Source of the DNA: a bacterium
GTDB lineage: Bacteria > Verrucomicrobiota > Verrucomicrobiia > Limisphaerales > RI-55
Reading direction: 5' to 3'
NCBI GenBank assembly: GCA_031362805.1
Contig: JANLTG010000126.1
Span: 66,426-130,425 of the forward strand
DNA: 64,000 bases
Shown: piece by piece, positions 13,547-24,411 of the stretch
How the letters are laid out: each line of letters begins with the position of its first letter
Position numbering within the stretch: the stretch's first letter is position 1
Notes under the pieces: model-generated
The model's database searches: none
The model's input: the letters and a program-made list of their open reading frames with translations, nothing else
Told to the model about the DNA's origin: nothing
Translations under genes and position numbers: made by a program

Positions 13547-13840
13547 ATGTCGAAAATGTGTATGGCGCGCCGCCGATTGCACGCGTACTTTACGGGCCGG
13601 GTGCAGGGCGTCGGGTTCCGCTATACGGTCAAGTCGCTGGCAGCGGGCTTCGAGGCTACGGGCGTGGTCCGCAACCTGCCGGACGGCCGGGTCGAATTCG
13701 CCGCTGAAGGTGAACCGGCTGAACTGGAGGCTTTCCTTCAGGCCATTCGCGAGTCCGAAGTCGGACGTTTTATCCGGCACGAGCAGGTCTCGTGGGCGGA
13801 TGCGGCGGGACAGTTTCGTGGATTTGAAATCGTCCACTAG
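13547..13840 (+). CDS. acyP: Acylphosphatase
   Basis: GRVQGVGFR and GVVRNLPDGRVE motifs. The start may be at 13562. Confidence 0.92.
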   Translation: MSKMCMARRRLHAYFTGRVQGVGFRYTVKSLAAGFEATGVVRNLPDGRVEFAAEGEPAELEAFLQAIRESEVGRFIRHEQVSWADAAGQFRGFEIVH

Positions 13841-13858
13841 AGTTTGAAATAGCAAGAC

Positions 13859-14581
13859 ATGAAGTACGCGATCGTTGCTGATATACACGCAAACCTGGAA
13901 GCCTTCGAAGTTGTTCTCGAAGACATCAAAGCCCAGCAATGCACTCATGTTGCGTGCCTCGGCGATGTCGTCGGCTACGGCGCCAATCCCAAGGAGTGCC
14001 TTGATATCGTCCGCGAGATGAACATCCCGGTCGTCAAGGGCAACCACGACGAATACTGCTCCATCGACGGCCACCTCGAAGGTTTCAACCCCCACGCGGC
14101 CCAGGCCGTTGAGTGGACCCGCCAGCAACTCGCCGAAACCGACCGCAACTGGCTGCGTGACTTGAAGTATCTGCGGCTCGTCAACAATTTCACCATCGTT
14201 CACGCCACCCTGGACGGACCGCAGCGCTGGGGTTACGTCTTTGACAAGCTGGCCGCCGCCGCCAGCTTCACCTACCAGAACACCAGCGTCTGCTTCTTCG
14301 GCCATACGCACGTGCCGGTGGCATTCATCCGCGACACGGTGGTTCGCGGTGGCACGTATTCGAAGTTCAAGATCGACGCCGGCCGCAAATACTTCGTCAA
14401 CGTCGGCAGCGTGGGCCAGTCTCGCGACGGCGTGGCCAAGGCCACCTACGTTGTCTATGACATGATCGAGGGCACCATTGAACTGCGCCGGCTCGACTAC
14501 GACATTCCCAAAGCGCAGGCGAAGATCCGGGCCGCCGGCCTGCCCGATCGCCTGGCCGACCGCCTGGCGGTTGGCAAATAG
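13859..14581 (+). CDS. Calcineurin-like metallophosphoesterase
   Basis: DIHAN, LGDVVGYG, GNHD, GHTH, NVGSVGQ. Confidence 0.9.
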   Translation: MKYAIVADIHANLEAFEVVLEDIKAQQCTHVACLGDVVGYGANPKECLDIVREMNIPVVKGNHDEYCSIDGHLEGFNPHAAQAVEWTRQQLAETDRNWLRDLKYLRLVNNFTIVHATLDGPQRWGYVFDKLAAAASFTYQNTSVCFFGHTHVPVAFIRDTVVRGGTYSKFKIDAGRKYFVNVGSVGQSRDGVAKATYVVYDMIEGTIELRRLDYDIPKAQAKIRAAGLPDRLADRLAVGK

Positions 14582-14598
14582 CGGTCACCTTGACATTT

Positions 14599-14632
14599 AA
14601 AAAGCGGCGCACGGTGCGCCGCTTTTTTGTTT
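14599..14632 (+). terminator. Rho-independent terminator, possibly bidirectional
   Basis: AAAAAGCGGCGC-ACGGT-GCGCCGCTTTTT followed by a T-rich run. Confidence 0.8.
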
Positions 14633-14666
14633 TTCCGTACCGGCCCCAAACGGGCAAGCTCGCGCC

Positions 14667-15119
14667 GTGCGCGCCGTCATCCAACGAGTCACCCAAGCCA
14701 GCGTCACCATCGATCGCCAAGTTCGCGACCAGATTGGTCTCGGCCTGCTGGTGCTGCTGGCGGCGGAGGAGTCCGACACCGCCGAGGACATCGAATGGCT
14801 CAGCGGCAAGATAGTGCGCCTGCGGATTTTTAACGATGCCGCCGGCCTGATGAACCGGTCGCTGCTCGAAGTCGGCGGCGAGGTCATGGTGATCAGCCAG
14901 TTCACCCTTTTCGCCAGCACGCGGAAGGGCAATCGGCCGTCGTTCATGCGCGCCGCGAAACCCGAACTCGCGATCCCGCTCTACGAACAATTCTTGAAGC
15001 GCCTGGAGCTGGACCTCGGCCGGCCGGTGGCCCGCGGTGAGTTCGGAGCGGACATGCAAGTCAGCCTGCTTAACGCTGGTCCCGTCACCCTCATCATCGA
15101 CTCCCGGCAACGCGAGTGA
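14667..15119 (+). CDS. dtd: D-aminoacyl-tRNA deacylase
   Basis: [40 protein letters not shown]. Confidence 0.96.
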   Translation: MRAVIQRVTQASVTIDRQVRDQIGLGLLVLLAAEESDTAEDIEWLSGKIVRLRIFNDAAGLMNRSLLEVGGEVMVISQFTLFASTRKGNRPSFMRAAKPELAIPLYEQFLKRLELDLGRPVARGEFGADMQVSLLNAGPVTLIIDSRQRE

Positions 15120-15181
15120 ACTCTTCAGATTCACCGCCGCGAGCGCACCCGACTGCTCCCGGACAACCGCGCATTGCCACC

Positions 15182-16036
15182 ATGCGCCTTTTCGTCTGGT
15201 CTGACCTGCATGTCGATTATCCCGCCAATTTTCAATTGGTGGAACAATTGTCCCGGCAGGACTTTCGGCAGGACACCTTGCTCGTGGCGGGCGACGTCAG
15301 CAGCAGTTCGTCAAGAGTGCGCCAGGCGCTGGAATTGCTGAAGGCACGTTTCGCCGAGGTGGCCTTAGTTCCAGGAAACCACGACCTCTGGGTGACCGGC
15401 TCAACCCGCATCAACTCCCTTGAAAAACTCCACGAACTGCGCGCGAGCTGTCGGACCATCGGCGTTCGTGTCGATCCCTTCACGTGCTCGATTGCCGATC
15501 GCCCGGTTCGCATCGTCCCGCTCCTTGCTTGGTATCTGAAACCCGAGGAAGGTCCGGGAAGTTTGTTTCTGCCCAAGCCCGGCGAGGATCCGGAGCTTCG
15601 GATGTGGGCGGACAACCATCGCATCAAATGGCCGCGGCTGCCGCCAGGTCAGTCGCCCGCAGAACACCTGCTGAATCTCAATCCGGCCTGCGCCCCGGCC
15701 GCTGATCACACCACAATTTCCTTCAGCCACTTCCTGCCCCGCGTGGAGCTGGTGTTCAGTGATTGGGAAAAGTTCAAGACCGGCGGTACCGTCACCGGCA
15801 ACGATCGGGCTCCCGAGTTCAACTTCACGCGAGTCGCCGGCTGCGAACAGTTGGACCGGCGGCTGCGGGAACTCGGCTCAGCCATTCACCTTTACGGGCA
15901 TCAACACCGCAACCGGGATCGCGTCATCGAGGGCGTACGTTACGTCGCGCATTGTCTGGGTTATCCCTCGGAGTGGCTCGAAGATTCTGGGCCCACGCCG
16001 CGCCGGCTGCCGCTGGAGATCCAGTTGAACGAGTAG
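15182..16036 (+). CDS. Metallophosphoesterase
   Basis: SDLHVD, AGDV, PGNHDLW, FSHFLPR, GHQH. Alternative GTG start at 15116. Confidence 0.85.
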   Translation: MRLFVWSDLHVDYPANFQLVEQLSRQDFRQDTLLVAGDVSSSSSRVRQALELLKARFAEVALVPGNHDLWVTGSTRINSLEKLHELRASCRTIGVRVDPFTCSIADRPVRIVPLLAWYLKPEEGPGSLFLPKPGEDPELRMWADNHRIKWPRLPPGQSPAEHLLNLNPACAPAADHTTISFSHFLPRVELVFSDWEKFKTGGTVTGNDRAPEFNFTRVAGCEQLDRRLRELGSAIHLYGHQHRNRDRVIEGVRYVAHCLGYPSEWLEDSGPTPRRLPLEIQLNE

Positions 16037-16111
16037 CGCCGGCCCCTGCCTGTTGCCCTCATCGATCATTCGGCTCGCCACCGCTGGCGGCGGACGCTAT
16101 CAACTGCTCCC

Positions 16112-17248
16112 GTGCAATTCCTCTACCTCGACGCTTCCCGGCAATCGCAGGGCCCCTGCACGCGCGAGGAATTGGAAGCGCTTTACCGCAGCGGAGCGAT
16201 CCGTCTGACCACCCCCATCCGCCACGTTGACGACGCCGAATGGCTTCCTTTCAGCCACTGGCTGGTGCCTCGCCGCGCGCCCGATGTTTCCCCGCCGCCG
16301 CTCACGGACAAGCCGCCGGTCCGCAGTTTCGACGGTCAGACCAATGACGACTGGCGGTCTCTCAAACGGCACATCCTGGTTCCGTGGAACGAGGTTCGGG
16401 ACATGCGTTGGCTGGACAATCGCCGGCTGCTGGGCGTCGCGGCCATCGGCCTTTTTCCCCTGCTGATCATCGCGCTCTTCACCAACTCAGGGAAGATCGC
16501 GGGCGCCTATTGGGCCATGGCGTTTTACTTTTCCGCCATGTGGGCGGTGTTCTTCTTCTATGTGTTTCCGGCACCCAGCGTGACCATGCGCAATTGCCTG
16601 ATCTGCTTTTTTGGCACCGGACTGTTCTCGGTTTCGCTGCTTCAGATTCTTTACTACGGTCTCAACCTGGGCGTCGGCCTGGCCTTCGATTATGATCCTG
16701 CGGTGGATCCGCGGCCGGCGCTTGAACGCCTGACGTTGAACCCCAACGGTCTCACTCGCTGGGCTGGCTGGGTGTTGTGCGTCGGCCTGCCGGAGGAACT
16801 GTGCAAGGCGCTCGCCTTGATTTATCTGGCGCGCAACAACGCTCCCTTTCAGCCGCAGACGATGCTTTACTACGGACTGATGGCCGGCCTGGGATTCGGC
16901 ATTTACGAAGGCGTGGCCTACCAGCAGCGAGCCAACTTCGACATCGCGCGCGCGGTGGGCGAGTACTACATTCTGAACGTGGTCCGACTCACGGCGCTGC
17001 CGTTCATCCACGCGATCTGGACCGCCATTGCCGGCTATTTCATCGGGTTCGCCTACCAGTATCCGGAGCGCAAACGGGGCTTGCTGGTCATCGCGGTGGC
17101 GCTGCCCGCGTTCCTTCACGGCACCTACAACGCCGTCACGCTCACCTCCGTGCTCTCCAGCCTGGGCGTGGCTTTGATCAGCGTGTTCGCACTCAACCTC
17201 TATCTCGCCAAGAGCCGCGACTTCGAACGAGTGCTTCAACGTCGATGA
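16112..17248 (+). CDS. PrsW-family intramembrane protease with an N-terminal GYF-like domain
   Basis: N-terminal QGP..EEL..L..G.I...T..W pattern; PrsW motifs EELCK, GLGFGIYE, HAIW, LHGTYN; multiple TM helices. Confidence 0.85.
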   Translation: MQFLYLDASRQSQGPCTREELEALYRSGAIRLTTPIRHVDDAEWLPFSHWLVPRRAPDVSPPPLTDKPPVRSFDGQTNDDWRSLKRHILVPWNEVRDMRWLDNRRLLGVAAIGLFPLLIIALFTNSGKIAGAYWAMAFYFSAMWAVFFFYVFPAPSVTMRNCLICFFGTGLFSVSLLQILYYGLNLGVGLAFDYDPAVDPRPALERLTLNPNGLTRWAGWVLCVGLPEELCKALALIYLARNNAPFQPQTMLYYGLMAGLGFGIYEGVAYQQRANFDIARAVGEYYILNVVRLTALPFIHAIWTAIAGYFIGFAYQYPERKRGLLVIAVALPAFLHGTYNAVTLTSVLSSLGVALISVFALNLYLAKSRDFERVLQRR

Positions 17249-17622
17249 CGACCGGCCGCCAGGCAAAAGTTCTCCGTGAACTCCAGGAAATCCCCGGCGT
17301 CGGTCAAGCCATCGCCCGCGACCTCTGGAATCTCCGCATTCGGAAGGTTGCCGATCTGCGGGGTCGCTCTCCGCAGAAGCTTTACGACGAACTTTGCCGA
17401 CTACAGGGCCAGCCCGTTGATCGCTGCATGCTCTACGTCCTGCGCTGCGCCGTTTACTTCGCCTCCCGGAAAAGCCACGCTCCAGAATTGTTGAAATGGT
17501 GGAACTGGAAAGACTCCGCCGACAATTCAACCGGTCGCTCCCATGAAAAAACCACCCGCCCTACCACTCCTCGTCGCCGCAGTCTTAATCCTCGGTCCCG
17601 CCGGCTGCGCGCATCGCCCTGA
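17245..17622 (+). CDS. Small helix-hairpin-helix protein (Cdd1-like)
   Basis: LQEIPGVGQAIARDL, DLRG.SP..LY..LC, DRCMLYVLRCAVYFA, WWNWKD; ATGA overlap with the PrsW gene. Confidence 0.8.
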   Translation: MTTGRQAKVLRELQEIPGVGQAIARDLWNLRIRKVADLRGRSPQKLYDELCRLQGQPVDRCMLYVLRCAVYFASRKSHAPELLKWWNWKDSADNSTGRSHEKTTRPTTPRRRSLNPRSRRLRASP

Positions 17623-18241
17623 GCCAAAGTTCTCGGCGCTGTTCACGCAGGACGGGCCGCCGACCGGCTGGCTCGTGCGGAATTGGGACGACGTGAAGAA
17701 TCCCCCGCCGCAACCCGTGGTCTGGGAGGTGCGCGACGGCATCCTGCACGGCGGCGAACCGCGCGGAACGTGGCTGATCAGCGAGCGCGAGTATGCCGAC
17801 TTCATCATCGAGTTTGATTTCAAACTGGGTGAACGCGGCAACAGCGGCCTGGCTTTGCGCACGCCCCTGGCCGGCGATCCGGCCTTCGACGCGATCGAGC
17901 TTCAAATGGCCGACTTCCGCTACAACCCGGAGGCGAAGGACTCGGAACTGACCGGTGGCATTTACCGCGCGATCGCGCCGAAGAAGCAAGTCTACCGACC
18001 GACGGGGTGGAACCACTATCGGGTGGAACTTCGCGGCCCAGTGATCAAGGCGTGGCTCAACGGGGAGTTGATTCAAGACGTGAACCTCGACCAGGCCACG
18101 GCCGAGGTGAAGCGACACAATGGCAAGGACGCCGTGCCGCTCAACCAGCGACCGCGCCGGGGCCACATTGGTTTTCAAGAACTCAGTCGCGACGGTGCGC
18201 CCGCCATGATTCGCAACGCGCGCATCGCAACGCTTGACTGA
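17543..18241 (+). CDS. DUF1080 / 3-keto-disaccharide hydrolase family lipoprotein
   Basis: Lipobox-like PAGC; WEVRDG, Y.DF...FDFK, GNSG, WNHY, LNG, GHIGFQ, RN motifs. Confidence 0.88.
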   Translation: MKKPPALPLLVAAVLILGPAGCAHRPEPKFSALFTQDGPPTGWLVRNWDDVKNPPPQPVVWEVRDGILHGGEPRGTWLISEREYADFIIEFDFKLGERGNSGLALRTPLAGDPAFDAIELQMADFRYNPEAKDSELTGGIYRAIAPKKQVYRPTGWNHYRVELRGPVIKAWLNGELIQDVNLDQATAEVKRHNGKDAVPLNQRPRRGHIGFQELSRDGAPAMIRNARIATLD

Positions 18242-18305
18242 GGAAGCATCGCTGTTGAGCCGATGGAAGCGGCGACCATAGCCCTGGCAGGGAGTGCCCG
18301 CCGGG

Positions 18306-20402
18306 TCAGAAATCTTTGAACCCCGTCGCCGGACTGCCGCCGCCAGAGATCTTGATATCCTGCCCGCCGCGCGCGGGGAACGCCGGCATCGGCAGTCGAT
18401 CTTGCGTCTTGCGAACGAGCGGTTTGACCGCAGCTTTCCTGCCCGAATCTCCCGGCCGGGCGACTGATTGGACAGGCGCGACCGGGATGGCGGCGCCACC
18501 CGCCTGCGCTATGAGGTGATGCCCGCCGCCGCTCACCAGGCCGGCGAGCTCCACGACCACCTCGTTCAAAGTCTTCGCTTGCGAGTCCATTTCGCGTGCC
18601 GCAGCGGCGGTTTCCTCCGCGTTGGCGGCATTGGATTGCGTCACTTTGTCCATTTGCGTCACCGCAAGATTGATTTGGTTCACCCCTTCGCTTTGTTCGC
18701 GGGAGGCGGTGGCAATGCCGACCAACAGCTCATCCACCTGCCGGGCTTTGGCGACAATCTCCTCCAGCCGGCGCGCGATCTGACCGCTGAACTGGACTCC
18801 CTGCTGGCTTTTCTGAATCGAGTCTTCGATCTTGTCGGCGGTTTCCCGTGCGGCTTTCGCGCTGCGTTGGGCGAGATTGCGAACTTCCTCGGCCACCACC
18901 GCGAAGCCCATGCCCGCTTCGCCGGCGCGGGCCGCTTCCACGGCCGCGTTGAGCGCGAGGATGTTGGTTTGGAACGCAATCTCGTCAATCGTCTTGATGA
19001 TCTTGGCGATATTGTCGCTCGAGGCTTTGATCGCGTCCATCGCCTGGCTCATGGAACTCATCTCCTCGGAGCCGGCTTCGGCGGCGGTGCGGGTCTGGTT
19101 CGCGAGTTCCTTGGCCTGGCCTGCGTGCTGGGCGTTAAGCTTGGTCATGCTCGACATCTCTTCCAATGACGCGCTCGTTTCCTCCAGCGAAGCGGCCTGC
19201 TCGCTGGCGCCCTCGGCCAGCGACTGGCTGGCGTCGTTAATCTGAGCGGCGGCACCGAAGGCCTGGTCACCGACCTGCCTCAGGGTTTGAAGACCCGCCT
19301 GCACGGGTCGCGCAATCGAGCGGCCCAGGACCCAGGCGGCGAGTCCCAGCACCAGCAACGAGACGACCAACACCAGGATCACCTGCCGGCGGATGCCCAG
19401 GGCGATCGCGTTAGCTTCTTGCTCATCCATCCGCACGAGCACGCCCCATCCCAGACCCGCATAGCCCAGCGCCCCGCGCGATGCGGCGTAACCGCAGCTC
19501 TGCCAGATCTTCTTGCGCGCATGCAGCGCCCGCACACCGCCCGATTCACCAGCCACGACCCGGCGCGCGGCCTCTACTCCGGCTTCGGCGAGGTTGAGTT
19601 TGAAGAGTACGTCCGGGTTATGCCGGACCTCCGGCCGGCCCCCTTCCCTCGTCGGATCGTAGTCGATCAAGACCCGACCGGTCCGATCCAACAGGGTGAT
19701 TTCAGCCGAACCCAGCCCCTGCGCTTTGAAGTCCTGATAGGTGGTCTTGATGATCTCTTCCACCAGCGAGAAAGCGGCGCGATTGTTCCACACGCCGATG
19801 AGCTTGCCCGCCGCGTCCTTGATGGGCGCGGAAAAGCTCACCACCAAACCGTCATTGCCATAGACCTTCCGGACGAGTTCGTCGGTGTGAACATCCTCGA
19901 CGTACGTGCCGTCGAGGATGGGGCTCTTGAGAAAGTTCCCGGCCAGCGCTTCTTTGAACCAGGCCGCGTCCTTGAAGTTCTGCTGGTATATCCAAGCGGT
20001 GTCGATGGCCTTGCCGGGGGCGTCCTTGTCATTGACGGCGATGACCCGGCCCTCCAGATCCACGACGATTGAAATGAGATAAAGGCCGTAAAGGTTGACG
20101 TAACGGTTGGCCGTGGCAGCGATCGCATTCTGGTCGGCACCGACTTGGTACCAGGCGTTTGTATCCAGCACGGCGGAGTTCACACCGAAAGCTTGGACGT
20201 CGCCGTACCGCTCGAAGAGGTTGCGGTCAATCTTGTCATTGATCGACTCGGCGACGGATTTATAAGATCCGGTCACGCGGTCGGACATGCGACGCGCCGC
20301 ATTGAGGGTGATCCAGGCCACGACGGCCAGGGGCAGCATCCCGAGAATCAGGAACGCCCAGATGAGTTTGGCCTGAAGACCGACCTTTCGAATGTGTTTC
20401 AT
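18306..20402 (-). CDS. Methyl-accepting chemotaxis protein with a periplasmic Cache-type sensor
   Basis: Two TM helices; [41 protein letters not shown]; C-terminal tether-like GFKDF. Confidence 0.93.
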   Translation of the reverse strand: MKHIRKVGLQAKLIWAFLILGMLPLAVVAWITLNAARRMSDRVTGSYKSVAESINDKIDRNLFERYGDVQAFGVNSAVLDTNAWYQVGADQNAIAATANRYVNLYGLYLISIVVDLEGRVIAVNDKDAPGKAIDTAWIYQQNFKDAAWFKEALAGNFLKSPILDGTYVEDVHTDELVRKVYGNDGLVVSFSAPIKDAAGKLIGVWNNRAAFSLVEEIIKTTYQDFKAQGLGSAEITLLDRTGRVLIDYDPTREGGRPEVRHNPDVLFKLNLAEAGVEAARRVVAGESGGVRALHARKKIWQSCGYAASRGALGYAGLGWGVLVRMDEQEANAIALGIRRQVILVLVVSLLVLGLAAWVLGRSIARPVQAGLQTLRQVGDQAFGAAAQINDASQSLAEGASEQAASLEETSASLEEMSSMTKLNAQHAGQAKELANQTRTAAEAGSEEMSSMSQAMDAIKASSDNIAKIIKTIDEIAFQTNILALNAAVEAARAGEAGMGFAVVAEEVRNLAQRSAKAARETADKIEDSIQKSQQGVQFSGQIARRLEEIVAKARQVDELLVGIATASREQSEGVNQINLAVTQMDKVTQSNAANAEETAAAAREMDSQAKTLNEVVVELAGLVSGGGHHLIAQAGGAAIPVAPVQSVARPGDSGRKAAVKPLVRKTQDRLPMPAFPARGGQDIKISGGGSPATGFKDF

Positions 20403-20451
20403 GTTGTCGCTGGCAGATAGAAGTACGGGCAGGAGACCCCACCCAATTCTT

Positions 20452-20478
20452 TCATCGGCAGCGACCAGGCAAACTAAA
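20452..20478 (-). promoter_or_regulatory. Putative sigma28 (FliA) promoter
   Basis: Minus strand TTTAGTTT-N11-GCCGATGA versus consensus TAAAGTTT-N11-GCCGATAA, about 50 nt upstream of the MCP start. Confidence 0.65.
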
Positions 20479-20725
20479 GAAATATCCCCGGTCTTACCGA
20501 GCCGGCCCAAGCTTTTGCATCGCCGCGCAGTGGTTGGGGCGACTTCGCGGTGAGCCCATGAATCAACCGCCAGCCGCCCTCCCCATCGCTTGAGGCTTGA
20601 TCCGCTTCGCCTCCCGGCGCGTGGTCAGTCTCGCGAGAGCGCGCAAATACTGGGCGGCCAGGGCCATGAAAACGGGCGCGGAGGATCCTCCGCGCCCTGG
20701 AATTTTTCGCGCTTTGCGTTCGCGG

Positions 20726-22369
20726 TTAGAAGTCCTTGAAGTCACCCATCGGCAAGGCCGCTTCCTTCTCGTCGCGGGTCAATGGCGTGATCGTTCGAAC
20801 GGTCGCAGCCGGGCTATGCTCGCGGTGCGAAGCCTGAACAGTTTGCCCGCCTGATTTCTTGGGCTGGCCCGGCAGCGGCGGCGACTTGGTCGCGGGCTGG
20901 TGTGCCTCGGGGGCGCGGCTCTGGCTGCCCCCCACCACAGCGAGCAACTCGCCGACGGCGGCCTTCTGAATCGCCGCCTGGGAGTTCAATTCCTGCGCGG
21001 CGCTGGCCGACTCCTCGGCGGTGGCGGCGTTCGACTGGGTCACCTTGTCCATCGCCGTGACGGCGAGGTTCACCTGGCTGATGCCCTGTGCCTGCTCGCG
21101 TGACGCCACGGCGATCTGGCCCACCAGATCATCCACCAAACGAGCTTTCTCAATGATCTCCTTCAAACTCTTCGCCACCTTGCCACTGACCTCGACGCCC
21201 TGTCCGGTCTTGGTGATGGCGTCTTCGATGCGGGTGGCGGTTTCCCGCGCGGCTTGGGCGCTGCGTTGGGCGAGATTGCGCACTTCTTCAGCGACGACTG
21301 CGAAACCCGCGCCCGCCTCGCCGGCCCGAGCGGCTTCGACGGCGGCGTTCAACGCGAGGATGTTCGTCTGGAAAGCGATCTCGTCGATGTTCTTGACGAT
21401 CTTGGCGACCTCGTCGCTGGACGACTTGATGGCCGCCATCGACGCCCGCATGTGTTCCATGTCATGGGCACCGGTGTCGGCGGCGGCGCGAGTCTGGCCG
21501 GAAATTTCCTTGGCTTGCTGGGCGGAGTCAGCATTGCGCCGGACCATGCTCGTCATTTCCTCCAGCGAAGCGCTGGTCTCTTCGAGCGAGGCCGCCTGGC
21601 TGCTGGCGCCTTCGGCGAGGGTCTGGCTGGCACTGGCCACGGCGTTGGCGGAATCGGTGGTGTTCTCCGAGCCCTCGGCGAGCCGGCCGGCAAGTTCCGT
21701 CAGGGCGCGCCGGATGCGGTGCGAACTGATCGTCACCAGGAGCAAGACCATGGCGGCAAAGCCCGCGCTGGAAGTGCCGAGCGCGAGCACCACCTTCTTG
21801 GTGTCGGCGAAAGCTTTCACGGTCTGCTGGGTACGGACCGCTGCAAAATCGGTGCAATGTTCCTTGACCAGCTTCGCGCCAAGATCCAGCTCCTTTACCC
21901 GCTGTGGCACTTCTTTGTCGAGGATCTCCATGGCGCCTTGGAAATCCTTGTCAATCGCTCCTCGCACTCGGGCCATGACGGCCACGTAGTTAGTCAAGCC
22001 GGTTTCAAGTTTCTGCAGATCCGAGCGACCATCGGGATCGGTGATCAGCAGTTGCAGCTTGGCGAGCAATTCAAGCTGCGTCTGATGCAATGCATCAGCC
22101 TGTGCCGCTTTGGCGGGGCGTTGCTCCTCCGCGACGAACATCAACTCGTAGCTGCGCAACCGGTAAAGATTCAGATTGGATTCCAGCGCCGCGACGCTCG
22201 CCAGGCTGGGCAACCCTTCATTCTCCAGGCCACTCACCGCAACGACGCCCTCGCGGCTGACGCGCCATTGGATGGCCCCTTGCACCCCGAGGAACACCAG
22301 CAGCAGGGCGACCAGCAACTGGATGATCTGGAAGGTTCGACGGACGGAACTGACGCGCTTCTTCTTCAT
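20726..22369 (-). CDS. Methyl-accepting chemotaxis protein with a four-helix-bundle sensor
   Basis: MCP signalling hairpin motif; two TM helices; C-terminal DFKDF pentapeptide. Confidence 0.93.
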   Translation of the reverse strand: MKKKRVSSVRRTFQIIQLLVALLLVFLGVQGAIQWRVSREGVVAVSGLENEGLPSLASVAALESNLNLYRLRSYELMFVAEEQRPAKAAQADALHQTQLELLAKLQLLITDPDGRSDLQKLETGLTNYVAVMARVRGAIDKDFQGAMEILDKEVPQRVKELDLGAKLVKEHCTDFAAVRTQQTVKAFADTKKVVLALGTSSAGFAAMVLLLVTISSHRIRRALTELAGRLAEGSENTTDSANAVASASQTLAEGASSQAASLEETSASLEEMTSMVRRNADSAQQAKEISGQTRAAADTGAHDMEHMRASMAAIKSSSDEVAKIVKNIDEIAFQTNILALNAAVEAARAGEAGAGFAVVAEEVRNLAQRSAQAARETATRIEDAITKTGQGVEVSGKVAKSLKEIIEKARLVDDLVGQIAVASREQAQGISQVNLAVTAMDKVTQSNAATAEESASAAQELNSQAAIQKAAVGELLAVVGGSQSRAPEAHQPATKSPPLPGQPKKSGGQTVQASHREHSPAATVRTITPLTRDEKEAALPMGDFKDF

Positions 22370-22429
22370 AACGGCAGGCAGGGTATTGAAGTTGGACCGC
22401 GGGCGGCGCGAAGCCGCCCGCGGATTAGG

Positions 22430-22852
22430 CTACTTGATTTCGATCTTCTTGACGCCCGCCAGGGCGGCGTCGCTGGTGACAATGGCAATGGCGCCCTTGG
22501 TCGAGGCCACGGCCGCCACCGCGCCCGCCACGTCGTCCGCCTTCTTCGGCGGTTTGGCGCGGCCGGAGAATGCGAGGCGCTGCCAGAACGTTTTGAAGGC
22601 GCTGCTTTCCATGCCGCAGGCTTCTTTGAGCGCGGCGTCGGTCTTGTCACCGACGTAGACGATCACGATCGCTTCGCCCCCTTCCCAATACATTGTCTTG
22701 CCGGTGAGGATGTCCTTGAGGGCATCCGCCGACAGGCTGGCGGCCGGCGCGCTTTCGTGGGCGATGACCACACCATCCAGCGCCACCGCTTGATGCAGAC
22801 CGGCGAACAGCGCGAGGCTGAGCACGGCAGTTTGGAGGACCCGAGTTTTCAT
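22430..22852 (-). CDS. Small periplasmic protein, single-domain PBP-like
   Basis: Signal peptide; VIAH, L.DI..G....W.G, W...FSG...PP, V..TKGAI pattern typical of small proteins encoded next to porins. Confidence 0.7.
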   Translation of the reverse strand: MKTRVLQTAVLSLALFAGLHQAVALDGVVIAHESAPAASLSADALKDILTGKTMYWEGGEAIVIVYVGDKTDAALKEACGMESSAFKTFWQRLAFSGRAKPPKKADDVAGAVAAVASTKGAIAIVTSDAALAGVKKIEIK

Positions 22853-22885
22853 AAGTTGAGAATGTTGGAGGTTTCGGGTTGGGGT

Positions 22886-24280
22886 TTAGAAGCTGAAGGT
22901 CGTCTTCAACGCGAGCATGAACCACGCATCATCCGTGCGCTGGGCGTTGGGGTTGTTGGCCTGGTCGCGGAGCAGCGCCGTGCCTTCGATCATGTGCCCT
23001 TCCAGCTTGAGGATCCACCAGTCGGTGGGGTCGAAGCGGAACGACAGCGCCAGGTCGTTCTGGAACGAGTTCGGCGAGTCGGTCTGGCCATCGCCCACGT
23101 CCGCCGTGTACTGCGTGTAGTAAGTGCCGGCCTCGAACCAGTTGTTGAAGCGATAGGCGGCACTGACATACCAGGCAGCCGGGTTGACCTTCACGGGGCC
23201 AACGGACGTGGGTGCAATCGGAACGGTTCCAGATTGGACATCAGTCGCGTTGGTGCCTTCAAAGTTCCACGTGTAGTACTCCGCTTGGAAGGTCCACGCG
23301 TTCCACAGATACTCGAGCGAGTATTGCTGGAAGAAGACGTCCCCAACGCCGTGGGTGTAGGCGTTGATCGGTCCAAACGGGCCGACCGGGCTGACCGGCG
23401 TCGTGAGGTTGTAACCGAACTCAAACATGTTGCCGATGCCGACGCCACCGCGCAAGCCGTTGACAGGCGTGTTGTACCACACCTGGCCGCCGACGTAGAG
23501 CGGTTGCTCGAAGCTCGTGATCTCGGCGCCGGGGCTGCCGTCCACGATCCACGCGGCGACGCCACCTTCGTCCTTGTCCATGTTGGTCACTCCGCCGTAA
23601 GCCTCGTAGGAAAGGCTGCCGGCCTTGCCCAGCGAGACGCTGCCGAACAACAACCCGCCATCGATGGACGACGAGAAATCGCGCCAACGCGCATCATAAA
23701 CACCCTGCGGCAACAGCACCGCGGTGCGCGCCAGGTCCACGTCCTGAATGTGGTTGTAAAGGCCACCGGGACGGCGCACCCGGCCCCCGCGGATACCGAT
23801 CGCATCGTTGAACGTGTATTCCAGCGAGGCGTAGTCGAGGAAAGGAATCAGGTTGCCAACATCACCCACGTCAAACGCGAAGCCCTGGATCGCGATGCGG
23901 GTCTTGTTGAACGGATTCACCGTAAGATTAACACCCACCTCGGTAAACTCGAACGAACCGTCGGTCGATTCTCCCAGATAATCATAGTCGCTCGAGGAGA
24001 GATATCCCTGGCTCAGAAAACCGTGAAACGAGATGGCGGGCGCCTTGCCAATGTGCAGGTCGGTGCCCTCGAAATAGAGGCCAGACTTGGCTTCCGGAGC
24101 AGCCGCTTCGGCGGCTATCGTGGTGGCCGGTTGAAACAGGGCAGCGGCGAGCGCGGCGTGCGCACCCAACGCGGCCAGTCGGCCCGGGATGTTCCTGTGG
24201 CAGCAGGCGCCCAGAACAGCACGGCAGGCTTCCTTGATTTCGTTGCGTCTGACGGACTGAACGTCGGTTTTCGCTTTCAT
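22886..24280 (-). CDS. Outer-membrane porin-like beta-barrel protein
   Basis: HGFLSQGY, LDYASL, RGGRV..P.GLYN, alternating beta strands, C-terminal FSF. Start uncertain. Confidence 0.75.
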   Translation of the reverse strand: MKAKTDVQSVRRNEIKEACRAVLGACCHRNIPGRLAALGAHAALAAALFQPATTIAAEAAAPEAKSGLYFEGTDLHIGKAPAISFHGFLSQGYLSSSDYDYLGESTDGSFEFTEVGVNLTVNPFNKTRIAIQGFAFDVGDVGNLIPFLDYASLEYTFNDAIGIRGGRVRRPGGLYNHIQDVDLARTAVLLPQGVYDARWRDFSSSIDGGLLFGSVSLGKAGSLSYEAYGGVTNMDKDEGGVAAWIVDGSPGAEITSFEQPLYVGGQVWYNTPVNGLRGGVGIGNMFEFGYNLTTPVSPVGPFGPINAYTHGVGDVFFQQYSLEYLWNAWTFQAEYYTWNFEGTNATDVQSGTVPIAPTSVGPVKVNPAAWYVSAAYRFNNWFEAGTYYTQYTADVGDGQTDSPNSFQNDLALSFRFDPTDWWILKLEGHMIEGTALLRDQANNPNAQRTDDAWFMLALKTTFSF

Positions 24281-24370
24281 CTCGTTTGGTTTGTTTTGTA
24301 GCGAGTCGCTGAGGCTGGCCCGGATTCGATTACCCGTTGACGCACAGTTCGCAAGCACGACTCGGGTAAC

Positions 24371-24397
24371 TTATCGGCACGCGAATGGCGGACTTTA
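24371..24397 (-). promoter_or_regulatory. sigma28 (FliA) promoter of the porin-PBP-MCP operon
   Basis: Minus strand TAAAGTCC-N11-GCCGATAA, near-perfect consensus. Confidence 0.8.
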
Positions 24398-24411
24398 GAG
24401 GGGACGTCGAC

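Noticed and set aside
20465-20500. GGCAAAC as a possible c-di-GMP-I riboswitch start
   Set aside because: It is on the wrong strand for the MCP, the remaining conserved elements are missing, and the site is better explained as a sigma28 promoter.
18640-21620. Nucleotide similarity between the two MCP genes
   Set aside because: Explained by the highly conserved MCP signalling domain in paralogs.
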